64,000 bases of DNA, taken from Pelomyxa schiedti (taxonomy: Eukaryota > Protista > Evosea). The stretch is taken from NCBI GenBank assembly GCA_020536535.1, contig JAHLWZ010000831.1, forward strand, positions 1-64,000. The letters are read 5' to 3'. The position numbers were made by a program, and so were the translations under genes. Below, piece by piece: positions 25,300 through 37,600 of the stretch; position 1 is the stretch's first letter; every line of letters begins with the position of its first letter. The notes beneath the pieces were generated by a model. That model made no database searches. It was not told the origin of the DNA and saw only the letters and a list, made by a program, of their open reading frames with translations.

Positions 25300-26363
25300 T
25301 TACATCTTCTGTTCGCGTGTGGACTTTTTTTTCCTTTGGAGTTCATTGCAGCGGCACCGCATCTCTTTTCCAGTGAACTGACTTCTTGTGTCCAGAAGTA
25401 GGCATATTCTTCTGGGTGAAGACCTTCCCAATGTGAATGTGAAAGTGGTTAATCTAATAGAAAGAGGGTTGCGAGCATCCGGTTCCTCACAAAAGTCTTC
25501 AATGCGTGTCTCCAATTCAGATGACACCAATCCTAAAATGAGTGCAGCTCCCCTTATTTGAGGACAAGCTCTGAGGGGGAGCGGGGGGGAAGTAGGGTCA
25601 CTTACACTGTGAGTGGTGCTCAACGGCAATTGCATTGTGCAAGTACACACCTAGATAGGAGCTCGAGTTGACCCCCCAAGGCACCTTTGATACGTTCTTT
25701 ACGGCAACTTCCGATAGGTCTCGAATAAATCAAACAACCACCATCCGCGCCGCTTCCAGAAACGGCGGAGCCTCCAAGCCCACGCTCCGCCGCCCTGGAA
25801 TTCGCTCCCCGCTCCCTCGCGCCAGAACCACCACAATCCTGCGGCCACACAGCCAAAGTGACGTCGGTCGCCGACCACGAGGCGTTGGCGCCACACTCGC
25901 ACCGTTGGTTGTGGCCCCACGAACCGGCCATCATCACCGTGGGATGTGCTTCCGCTCCCCTCGCCGCCCCCGATGATGGGTCGTAACCAGGAGGGGCGGG
26001 CCCTATTCCCCACCGGGAGTACTCGGCAAGGCGGTCCGGAAACAGGGCGGCGGGGCCGCCGGGGTCCAGCGGGGGGCCCGCATGCTCCTGGCAGAGCAGG
26101 CGGGAGACAAGGCGGGCCCGGGAGGCCGACCTCGTGGCTCCGCAGACCCAGAGGCCGCGGATCAGGAGCCACTCGGGGGCGCCGTCCCACCTCACCACAA
26201 GCAACAGCAGATCGACGGTTTCTGTTGTTATTGTTGTTGTGGCCGACGGCGACGTGCATGGTATCGTTGCTGATGAAGAGTGGGCGGTCCGGCTTGGGCT
26301 TGGCGTGTTGGTGTCGTTTGAACCGTTGCTGGCTGAATTGTTTCGGCTTGTTGCTGTGCCCAT
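25300..26363 (-). CDS. Hypothetical protein, tandem paralogue B
   Basis: ORFs 25620-26363 and 25300-25650; co-linear similarity to 24100-25240. Confidence 0.75.
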
Positions 26364-26598
26364 AAGAAATTTGGAAATGAAAAGATTGGCTTTTTAGAGT
26401 TATAGAATTGATGAGGCGGCAACTGATTTACAGATGGACGCAGTTGCAGCCCCTGACGCGGGGAAAGAATAAAAATTAAAGTGCCGCCGCGAATCATTTT
26501 TTTCTTGTCCTGCATCCGCCGCACAAGTATTCATTTTTCCGTAAACCACACCGCGATCGCCGTCGGTCGTCCACTCGTTCTCATTTTTCCCCTTTCAG

Positions 26599-27845
26599 AT
26601 GGGTATCTCCCGTGACTCGCGCCACAAGCGCAGAAATACTGGTGGCCAGCGCAAGCCCTACCGCAAGAAGAGGTATCGTATTTTTTCCACTGAATCGTTT
26701 ACCTTTTTTTCGGTTGTTTTGTTTTGTAGCATTTTCCCTGGGGTGAATGTGTTGGGCTGCTTGACCTGTTATTTTTTATTAATACCCGACACACAACAGA
26801 AAATATGAAATGGGTCGCCAGCCATCCAACACTAAAATCGGGCCCAAGAGAGTTCACTTGGTACGATGCATGGGAGGCATCATCAAGAAAAGAGGGCTCC
26901 GCCTTGAGACAGGAAGCTTTTCTTGGGGCTCAGAGGGTATGCCTTGCATATGCTTTTGCTTTTTTGGTCACCGTGTGTCTAGCCATTTCACGCAAGTCTC
27001 GCATTGTCAACTGTGTTTACAACTCTGCAAATGTCGAGTACGTTCGCACCAACACACTCACCAAGAGCGCCATCATCCAAGTCGAAGCAGCTCCTTTCCG
27101 TTTCTGGTACATGCAACACTACGGCGTTGACCTGAACAAGATCCCCAAGGCAGCCAAGGTTGAGGAGAAGGCCGCCAAGAAGCCCAAGGAGAAGGCCGCC
27201 GAGAAGCCCAAGGAAAAGGCCGCCGAGAAGCCAAAGGAGAAAGCTGCTGCCAAGCCCAAGGAGAAAGCAGCCGAGAAGCCCAAAGAGAAGGCCGCTGAGA
27301 AGCCCAAGGAGAAGGCTGCTGCCAAGAAAGAGAAGGGCGAGAAGGCCGCTGAAAAGCCCAAGGAGAAGGCTGCCGCCAAGGGCAAGGCTGAGAAGGGCAA
27401 GACCGAGGAGAAAGCCGCCAAGGGCAAGGGCAAGGTCGCACACACCCTCGCTGATAAGGCCGGAAAAGTACCCGCTAAGGGATCGAAGGAAGAGAAGCGC
27501 TTGAGAATCAGGCAGAAGGAGGCCGCTAAGCGCCACAAGGAAACCCACTGGATTGAGACACACACCGCAACTCCAGGGTAAGCCCCGTTTTCTTCCTCCA
27601 TTCACCCGGTCATCATTTTCTTACAATTAATTAGGGAGAAGAAAATGTACGCCGCAAGACTTCTGCACCACACCATCGATGCCGGCCTTGCAGAGCAGTT
27701 TTCTTCCGGCAAATTGCTTGCCTGTGTGACATCCAGACCAGGACAGATTGGCCGCTGTGACGGATACCTCCTTGAGGGCGAGGAGCTCGAGTTCTACCTC
27801 AAGAAAATGGAGAAGAAGAAGAAGGGAGCTGCCCAGGGAAAATAA
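26599..27845 (+). CDS. RPS8: 40S ribosomal protein S8 (eS8), multi-exon, with a long KPKEKAAE-repeat insertion
   Basis: [60 protein letters not shown]. Confidence 0.98.
27163..27430 (+). repeat. 24-bp coding tandem repeat (AAGCCCAAGGAGAAGGCCGCCGAG)
   Basis: About 7 near-exact KPKEKAA(E/A) units plus degenerate copies. Confidence 0.9.
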
Positions 27846-28007
27846 ACTTCCAACCAACACTTGGTTTTTTTTTCCGGCTATCACTATTGTTGTTCTTGAA
27901 CAAATTATCTACCCTTTTCTTTGTCTGTTTACTTCTATCCCCCATCATGCAGGCAGAGTCCTCGTATTTTCAAAGATTAAAAAAGAAAAGCGTGCAGCCG
28001 AACTTCT

Positions 28008-28609
28008 TTACAATGAAATTTCCTTCTTGTCCAGTGCGGGCATGAGAGAAGGGTTACTTTGAAAAAGGAGCTCCTTCACGGACTGGTAGTCGTGCTCTCC
28101 GAGAAGAAAGTTCTGCACCACATTAATTCCAGCAATGTTGTACTTGGATTGTTGTCGTGTGCGTTCTTTCCACCACATTTTGTCCAGAATTAGAGGCTTG
28201 TATTTGCTGCCCGTAGTTGGGTCGTCTATGGTCTGAAGAGAGTAAAAAAAAAAAAAAAAGGCAGAAAGTCGGGACAGCGGCACACCTGGAAGAATGCGGA
28301 CACTTCTTCGAAGTTCTTATTTGGTTTGAGCCAATACACCAACCCTTCTTGCTCTTTCTGCAGTATCAAGTCCTTGAATCTGGGGCTGAAATCGAGGTAC
28401 CTCGTGGGCTGACGTCTCGACGCCGCTTCTTCGGCCGGGGTACGAGGGAAAACCCAAGACCTGTCACTGCCAAAGAAAAAGATTGACTGCCGCATGACAT
28501 CCTCAGGAATGGCGGTATAGAACTTGGATAGGTACGACGCCGAGATCCACACAACACGCCGTCCTCCATTTGAAGTAATTGCGGCGTCACTCGTTGTAGC
28601 CGCACTCAT
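28008..28609 (-). CDS. Small hypothetical protein (2 exons)
   Basis: MSAATTSD...EVSAFFQ joins TIDDPTTG...DKKEISL* through a GT-AG intron with a poly-T tract. Confidence 0.6.
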
Positions 28610-28705
28610 TTTCCGAAGCAATAATTTGCCTGTTCGTGTGATGGTTCCCGTAACCGGATCTGGAGAAGGAACGACAGAAGAAGAACAAAAAACACAAAAA
28701 CGAGC

Positions 28706-31549
28706 ATGGAGGTGGCGTTGGAGAAGTTGTATGAGCTATGGTCAGCCGGGATTATTTCAGAAGAGGAGTACCATCTGCGCAAAGAGGCACTGCATAGAGA
28801 GTATGTCCTCTCATTTTTTACGAAGTTGTTGCTTTTTTTTTCTTGTTTTTTTGTCTTGTCCATTTCTTCTCTAACTTTTTCTTCACCCTTGGCAGATTTA
28901 ACGTTTGTTCTAAACCATTTACTAACACAAAGAAAACAAAGTGTCTCATAGACATCGATTAATTGAAGTGCAGGTGGCGGAATCTTCTACTACTGTGACT
29001 CCTAGTACCACAGCCACTACATCCACATCGACAACACAACCTGAGTACTCTGAAGTTGATGCCCTGAGAGAGGTAGAGGCGGACGCTCGCATGAGAACAG
29101 CTTCATGCTTGCCATTACCTTTTTCTGCTGCTCTTCTGCATCACTGTTGTGGAAATGGTCCTGACGCTACGCAATTTTCGTTTGGCTCATATATTCCTTT
29201 TCAGCTTCAAGTACTCAAAGTGCCGCCTCTACTCAATGTGACCCTTTGCCAGTGGGCCCGATATCTGCAGAAGATGCTGAAAGCCGCGTACTGCGCGCAG
29301 TGCAGATCTGTGCTGGAGATTTTGCCGCATTGAGTTTAAAAACGAAAGTTCCCTGCATGTGCCCAACTGCTCGTGTGGCAATGAATCTGACTGACACTGC
29401 CTTCTCTCTTACTTCATTACAATACATTCTGGAGGAAATGGGAAAAGAAACTGCCCGAAAGAAGGAGGAGGAGGAAAGGGAGCGCGCAAAACGAGAAATA
29501 GAAGAAGAACGACGTGTAGTGGAAGAAGAAGCATCAAGGTATAGTGAATATGTATTGGAGGTACTAACAAATCCCACAGAGCGATACAGGAGTTAACTAC
29601 ACAAAAAGAATCGTTAAATGCAAAGATTGCTGAGCTTGAAGAGGCTGTAGAAGATTTTGAGGCCAATGAGTACCCTAAATTGAAGGTTTTTCCATCAAAT
29701 TCGTCAAATCAATTTTGAAAATTGCTTACCACAGGAACAATACCGCACTGATAACTTCCTGGCACCGGGCTTACATGTTACCTTTTTACCCGAATTCTCA
29801 GCTGTAGAGAGTTCGAGAATAGAGATGAAAGTTCTTGTAGAAGCGAAGGTTCAGTCCCATTTACTAAAGATATTCCCTCAGTTAAGCTATCATCCTAGGT
29901 TGGCCAACAATCAAAAACTGCCACCGTAAAACGGGCTCCATTTGAATTGGCCATTGCTTTAGATGTGTCTGGTAGTATGGAGGGGGACCCCCTTGGTTTG
30001 TCCCTTGCACTGTTCAGAGTCCAATGTCACCATCAATAGAAAACTCTAAGAACTCTATCCTCAAGATCATTAAGTTACTCCAAGAAGGCGATATTCTGCA
30101 TGTTGTTACCTACGCTGATTATGCCAAAGTGATTTTTCAAGAAGGCAAAGTCCATACAGAAAGTACCCTCAAAAACAAGTTTTATCCACTCCTAAATTTC
30201 ACAGGTGACAGACAGCAACTTTCTGAGAAAGTATCTCGGATATGCACTGAGGGGTCCACAAATATTTCCGCCGGTTTCCTCCATCCTGTTATCAATATTT
30301 AAAGCATTCACCTCCTTTTGCCAGGGCTCCAGGCTGCGTATGGTCTATTTTCGAAGAACAGTAAAAATAAGAGGGTATTCCTGTTCTCTGATGGCGGCGC
30401 AAATGAGGGAATAACGGATGTTGCCTCTATGAATAAACTGGTTGGTGAAGCCTACAACACCCGAGGAATTTCCACCACTTCATTTGGCATTGGTCCACAC
30501 TACAATCTGGTACATACAGCCTTTCATTTTTTTGCAAAATAACACAAAGTAAGGAAATGATGAAAGGAATTTCTGACAGTGGCCATGGTCTTTACTTCTT
30601 CATAGATTCGATTGAATCCATAGGAAAACTAATCGATAAAGGCATGCGTGGCCTTACATCATTGTTCGGTACTGTGTCACAAACTTCCCACCCATAAATT
30701 CGTCTTAAATTAAACAACAAGGAATCGATGCCGAACTTCACATTAGACCAAGGAGCCCCCCATGTCACTCAATGAAGCTCGGAGTTGGCAGTAAAGAAAC
30801 GCTGACTCCCCCATCTGGGTCCACGACAACCACAGCGGCTAATACAATCGACATACCGGTAGGCGACCTCCGCCACGAAGATCTGAAGCAATTGCTGTTT
30901 GATGCAGAATTTGACTTCTCTGGCAACTACCCTGGTTCCTCCCTCTGGGTGTTGGATTGGGATATGGCATACACTGAAGTTGTGAATGGCGAATTTGGAG
31001 GCAGAGCCACCCAAAGAGGCTCGCTATCAATGAGCATTGATGCCACAAGATCAGAGCACAACAAGCAAGTCCGCTCCTTGTCCGTGATACGGGCCTGTGC
31101 TCTCCAGGTTAAAATTCACTCTGCAGCCAATGCTAAATGAAAAACTTACCACCCCAAAGGAGGCCCAGATATACGAGCTCGTACGCACCAATAACTTCAC
31201 AGAAGCAGCTCACCTCAAGGAAGAAATATTAGCGCAGCTCACCTCTGTTGAAGAGGACGACCCCTACGGATTTGTAAAGATCCTCGTCAACAAAGGCAGG
31301 AAAGTGCTCTGTGACTACCAGCGCCTGGCCGTAGACAAGCTCATCGCCAGTCACAACGAGACCATGCAGCGACGCATTCGGGAATTGAATACAAGACTGC
31401 GAGCACTTGATGTGCAAACTGTTGCCGAACCTGTCATGCTGAGGGAGGAAAGGAGGTCCACCAAGTGCGGGGAGTTGCTGGCCAAAGAAGCCCACAGAAA
31501 GATGGAAGAGGAGGCTGACTGTGACATGGGTTTCGGCCTGTTTGACTAA
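28706..31549 (+). CDS. SHOCT / coiled-coil / vWA protein with a C-terminal P-stalk-like DMGFGLFD motif
   Basis: N-terminal LEKLYELWSAGIISEEEYHLRKEAL; vWA motifs LDVSGSM, GSTNISAG, FLFSDGGAN, TTSFGIG; C-terminus EEEADCDMGFGLFD*. Confidence 0.85.
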
Positions 31550-31993
31550 ATAATCGATGTGTTTTTCCCGCCACACGAAACAGCCTTGGGCGCAGAATTC
31601 CTGTTTGGACTTTGTTCTCTAAAGAATTGTCTGGAAAAAGAATTGTCTGGAAAATCTAATTTTTTTTTTATAGTCTATTCTCATTCAAACAGTTGCTGAC
31701 TTTTAGGTGGTGCAGGTATTTGTAGAAGTGGTTCAAGTTGAGCCGTGGCAAGAGGCTTCCAAAAGCTGCACAAAATCACGTCAGTAACGGAAAGAAAACT
31801 AAACAGGCAAACCGTAATTACTTGGGCTAATAGCAAGAAAAGACTACGTTAAAGAACAGTCTCAGCTCAGAAAACGAAGTGGCGCATCTCAAACTTAGAA
31901 ACCAGTCATCAGATGAAAGATGTAAAAAAGAACTACCTGTTTGTCGAAGGCAGCAACACAGGGGAGGAAAAAAAAAAAAACGATAAAAAAAAA

Positions 31994-32155
31994 GTGGGGC
32001 ACGGGAGCGACCGCGGCCAACCCAGGCCTTTTGATCATAGCGGAAGTCAGTGACCAAGCCAAAGGGAGACTAACTTATAGTAAGTTATGGGTCTCCCTTG
32101 TGCGAGCTCGGTCCCAGCAGCCAGGCAGTTAACCAAAGGTCGCTAGGCCCGACAC
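31994..32155 (-). ncRNA. Candidate ~165-nt rod-like structured RNA of unknown class
   Basis: Nested helices AGCGACC/GGUCGCU, GGUUAACU/GGUUGGCC, GCCU/AGGC, GACCGAGC/GCUUGGUC, AAGGGAGAC/GUCUCCCUU and UAACUUA/UAAGUUA. G-U pairs form only on the minus strand, and a U9 tract follows. Confidence 0.45.
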
Positions 32156-32670
32156 TGGAACAAAAAAAAGAAACTAACAAATAAAAAAAATAAAAATCCA
32201 GCTCGTATCATTCAGTCCGTGTATTTGTCGCGAGCCTGCAGTGTTGTGAAAGTAAAACATCGAAAGGCCCCACAAAAAACCCCAAGGTGGAGAAAGAAAA
32301 ACGAAGGGGAAAAACGAGAAAAGAGGTCTCAGTGCAGTGTGTCGCTCATTCCCGTTGCCCCACCTGCTACGGCAGCACAATCCGCTCGTACAGCCGCATT
32401 AGTTTCTTTTTTTTTGAATGTGAAATCATAATAAATCTTTCATAAAGCATGTGTATTTGCAACTGCGATCTTTTTGAGGAATGTGGATGTCACAATACAG
32501 AGATCTAACCCATAACGGTCAGCTGATTATTTGATTCACCAACTTATAAGATCTTCAAACAAACCCCTCGAAGGGCTGCACCCGGTTTCGCAAAAGGACA
32601 AGGAAATGGGTTCAAAGAATGATATTTCGTATGTTTTTTCAAAAATTCTTTGCACACAACACAAAACGAA

Positions 32671-34495
32671 ATGCGCGTCACAGAGGAGGGAGCTATGACT
32701 GCCGATGTGACCTCGTGGCAGTGCTTCCCAATCGATGGCGAGCCGTTCTTCTGCAGGGCGATCGGAACCGGGTCCTGGAACGACCTCTTGCATAGCAACC
32801 ATGTTGCCACACTCATCATCAAGATGAGGTGCCCAACGGAGGCAACAGAAGCGCAGGCTCACTTTTGGCAGCAGCAGAGCCTCAGCACTGAGTATCGGAA
32901 GACACACAGGTATCACAACGTGGGTGAGGAGGCGTTCGCGGCCATGCAGAGGAACGGGGAAGTGCCTGAGGGCATCCCCCGTGCAGGGTGTGGGTGACCT
33001 GGTGCAGGTCCGAGGAGCTGAACAAGAGGCATTCCTTCAAAGCAATTTGCAAACGACTCGGCCGCGACCCTGTCACAGGGAAAATGGCTGTGTGTATAGC
33101 AGTCCTCTCTTCTCCCAGGTTTCACTTACCTTCGTTGACAGAGGAGAAATACCCAAGTATTCTCTCAAGTGCCAACAGAAGAAGAGCAAGAATACTACAG
33201 TAGTGACCAGGAGGAGGATTACAACTTGAACCAAGAAGACTCCATTCAGCTGCGCCCAGACCCGTCGTTGAAGTGGGAACTGAGCACCATACCCATCATT
33301 CTAGAGGGTGACCTCATTCCACCACCAAAGGTACTTCTTGCTTGTTGCCACACTACAGTTTCTCATTCCATATCATAAGCCTCCAATCTTGTCAGATGCG
33401 GAGAACCTGGGATTGGCCCTTGATTTGTCAAAAATCAGGGATATGGTTTGTGGTTTTCACACCATTTCCTCTCTCAATCTCACCACTCACAGGAGAAGGA
33501 TTCTGAGGAAGAAGACAACACTTCCACAGAGGAGGCGTTGGAGCATGGAAAACCCCCTCATGACGTCGTCCGCTTTCACTCAGCCTGGAAAATGGTGTGC
33601 GTAGTCCGTGTGTGTCTGGACATCTCATAACTTGCAAAAGATTTTGATGCTGTTGTCTCCAGTTGGGTTTGAGAGAATGAGGGGTGTGTGCAGGGGCCTT
33701 CTGGAGCTCGTGAAGTCTCTTGAGAGAATGTACTGGAGTTGGTTGCAATATGATTTCTGCAACCCCAGAGAACGCCAACGCTATAGGGAGAAAAAGTATC
33801 CCCCTGCCATGCGGGCTACAGCTATGGCAATAAACTGCTCACCGTTCTGCCTTCAGACAGTGCAAGAGCTCGAGGTGTATGGAGGTTTCATTGCAAAGCG
33901 ATTGGAGATACATTGCGCCACCGGTCAAAAACCCACACCCGCGACACTTTGGCCAGCAATCATCAGCGCAGTGGAAGGGGTCATGAGAGCCAACACCCGC
34001 CCAGACACCCAGCTCATCGTCCACCACTGCCCCCAGGGAATGGTCGGCAACATCATCCACGCCGTGATGTCGACCCGGGAGCCCAGCAACATCAGCCTGC
34101 TCACCATCACCGGGGATGGCGAAATCGCGTTCCCGCCTGGGTTTCGCCCTCTCCCGCCCGACTCCAAGAGGTGCCTTCCACGAATCGAAATTAAAGTCGA
34201 CACAGACAGGTCATGTTGCACCAAGACCGACCCTGCCACGGTCAACAACAACGAACCACCCCGGGCCCAGACCACTCCCACTCCAACTCCAACTCCCGCT
34301 CCAGCCGCCCGCATCAGCGCCCCCGCTCTCGCCCCTGCTCCTGCCATCATCATAAGCAACAGCACCAACGGCGACACGGTCACGGGGAAGAGGTTGGCGC
34401 CGGGGACACCCCCTCTTGTGCTCCTGCCCCCACCAACCACATCCACAAACGCTGCTCCCGTCGAAAACAATCGCCGGCGTAGACTGGGGCGGTGA
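32671..34495 (+). CDS. Hypothetical multi-exon protein with acidic linker and F-box-like motif in the last exon; exon structure uncertain
   Basis: Co-oriented ORFs; the last exon contains HNLQKILMLLSPVGFERMRGVCRGL and a Pro/Thr-rich tail. Confidence 0.5.
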
Positions 34496-34680
34496 TGTGT
34501 AAAAACCTGTTTTCCTTTCTGTGAAACAAGCCTCCGATTTTTTCTTGGAAAGCAGTGCCAGGTGGACGTTACGGTAGAGCACTGCCCTCAGTCCCGGGAC
34601 TGGGCCTTGTATCCTTAAGTAGGACCTTTCGTTTTGCCCTTTTGAACAAACCTCGCCACAAAAAAACGTAAGTGACTTTA

Positions 34681-37600
34681 TCAAGGGTGAAAAGCAACAA
34701 GGGACTGGAGGATGAGTTGCGGTGTGGCTTGCTTGAGGAACGCCATCTGGAGGAATAGCCTCACTGAAACTGACTTTTCATCCACAGGCATGTCTCTCTG
34801 TTGCTCCATCATGGTGCGGATGTCTGTGCAGGTCTGTGCCTTGAGCGCTCTCAGGCCCCACTCCAATTCTGCACAAGACGGAGTGGGTGATGAGGATACC
34901 ACCATGGCCGCCTCTGAATGGCAGGTGTAACTGAGATTGACATGGGGAGGAAGGAACAGGTGTGCACCAACGAAAATGGAGGCGAGGCCCGCGGCGGGCC
35001 TCCTCTCTGGGTTACTGTCACGCAGCCGCTTCAGGAGGTAGTAAAGGCATGGGCACTTGTGCAGTAGACCCACGGAATCCTCTCCATTGGGTGGGGCGAT
35101 GCCAAAGCACATCTGCCACACAACACAGCCAATGGCCCACAGGTCGGTCTTGGATACGTTGTACGTTTTGGTCCTGTGGGAGGGGTATTACTTATTGGTT
35201 TTGTTATTGGGCTGGGCAAACCTTGGGGTCACAGCTACTGGCTCAAGTGATTCAGGTGCCCTGTTGTGCAGGTTTCCTCCAAGGACTGAGTCCAGGCCCA
35301 CAAGTTCAAGCATTCCAGGATTTGCACCACCGGCTTCTGAAGGTTTGATGCTCACTGAGGTGTCAAAGCCGGACAGGACAGTGAACTGGCCTGTGAAGCC
35401 TGATCTCTCGAGCATGAGGATGTTGTCAGACTTAATGTCCAGGTGGAACAGTCCCCGCTTATTGTTGAGGTAGTCAATGGTTGAAAGCAGCTGAAAGCTG
35501 ATCTCCAAAGTCTTGTCACTTCCAAGAGGAAGCACGGTGGTGCTGGTTGTCTCGGTTGATGAAGCAGGAGGTTGCTGAGGTGCTTGAATGTGCTTTTCAA
35601 GGGTTGTTGATCCCAGCTCCTGGGTGATGAAGGTTGTTCTATCAAAGATTGGAACACATTCACGGTGGTTGTGGGGGATAGTGGTCAACGGGGTTCCAGT
35701 CTCAATTGAAACCAAGCACATTTTCCTGTCTTTTGGAAGCAGCTCCTCCTTCAGAGGGAATTTAGAAGAGAAAACAGTTGGTAGGAGAGGTACCTGTGTA
35801 CGGCTGCAGAAAAAACTGATGATGTTGGACACACCCCAGTGTGGATTCTGAAATAGAGAGAGAATCTCCTGGTCAAAAGTATTCCTCTGGTACTCTGTGT
35901 CACCACCTGGCCAAGTCGCCCAATTGAACATCATCTTCAGTGCTACTCCCTTCTCGAATATTTTCCTTGGAATGTGCCAATCATTTCTTGGCATAAGCTT
36001 CACACTGCTTGTGGTACTATTGCTCCCAACGCCAATAATCTATAGAGATCTTAGACCAAAACAAATGAGTAAATGAATAAAACCTTTGCCGATGAAAAGT
36101 TGATATCACCCATTCCAATCGCTCTCATGCAACTGAAATCAATACTCGAAGTGAATTGCTCTGAATACTATGTGATAATTAATAAGTTGAGAGAGAGCTC
36201 AGGTACTGGATGAATTTCGAGGCCAATTTTTATTCAATGGGTCAAACATACCATTTGAAGTTCTTTTTCCTGCGATGACTTTGAGGGGAATAAAGTAGGT
36301 GATCTGAATTACCTGGTCAAATGCCAACTTTAAACTGAGAACCAATGTTGAGATGACATCAACAGTCTGCAACACAGTATCAACTCCTTCCACAGAAGCC
36401 TGCGGTGTTCCTTGGTTGTCATTCCCGGTGGTTGCACCTGAGAAGACACTCTGTGGAAATTCTTTCCTCAGCAAAGATGCCACTTCGGTGAGCTTGAGCA
36501 GTAAACTTGACGATGGGGTAGTTGGGCAGAAATTACACTTGAAATACTCTTTGCCTGGTGAGGATTTAAGGTAAGTAATTTGAGTTCGATGCCCGGAGAT
36601 GTAATCACAAGAAGAGTGTAAAGATGCGCAAGGTAACACCAAAAAGGCTTCCTGGTTTTATGTGTTACATACCATTCGCTATTGCCAGTTTACTGGTACA
36701 TGAACCTTGGAGTGGGTTAGTGCACGCAGAAATAAGTGCAAGAAAATAGACAACATGAGCAACAATCTGAGACTATCTCAATGGAAATGTCAAATAGATC
36801 CCCTGAAGGGTCGGGTGTTGGAACCTTGTCCAGTTGAACCAAAAAATTGCCCAAGCCCAAAGAGGTCATTTGATATTGTCTGCCACCCACAACAGCATAC
36901 ATCTGTTCTGATGGTTGCTGGATATGGACCAAGGGGCATGCTCCAGCGGAGGTAGGACATTTCAGCCATGTAAACCACAGGAGAGTCATATCCCCCAGTT
37001 TCTTCCTCATCAATGACTTGTTTGTTGAAAGTGACTGTGTAATCCTTGCAGCCCCCTCTGCAGCAATTTTGGAACCTTTTATTGGTTGAGTACAGATATG
37101 AGGGAAAGTAAGTGATCTACCATCAAGCTGCAGACCCACCAGTGACTTATTTGTTGAAAGTAACTGCACAAAACTTGCAGCCCCTTCACCAATCTTGTTC
37201 CCTTGATTGTTGTTGTTGATATGACGGAGTATGTGAAAGTGACATACAACTAAGATCCAAATTCGCCAGTGTCTGGTTTGTGGAAAGTGCCTGGGCAATC
37301 CCCACGGCTCCCGCATCGCCAATGTTGTTCACTTGAGATATTATTACTATGTGTTGTTTGTGAGATGGGTGCAAGTACATACTGCCAAGGTTCAGACCAA
37401 CCAGTGTCCTGTTCGTTGAAAGTGACTGTACAATCCTCACAGCACCCTTCTCACCAAATTTGTTTCCTTATTTTGTTTGTTTGTGGGAGAGGTGCAAGCA
37501 CAGGACGTACCATTAAGATACAACCGCTCCAGTGACTGATTTGAGGCAAGTGATAGAGCAATCCTTTCAGCCCCCTCGGCCCCAATGTTATTGTCTTGTT

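Noticed and set aside
26988-27605. Leu/Phe-rich minus-strand ORFs that look like membrane proteins
   Set aside because: They are antisense shadows of the RPS8 Lys/Glu repeat.
32068-32090. AACTTATAGTAAG resemblance to the U12 snRNA 5' end, and nearby GGAAGTC resemblance to RNase P CR-I
   Set aside because: It lacks the U12 branch-point-binding GUAAGGA, and I found no P4 partner strand for RNase P/MRP.
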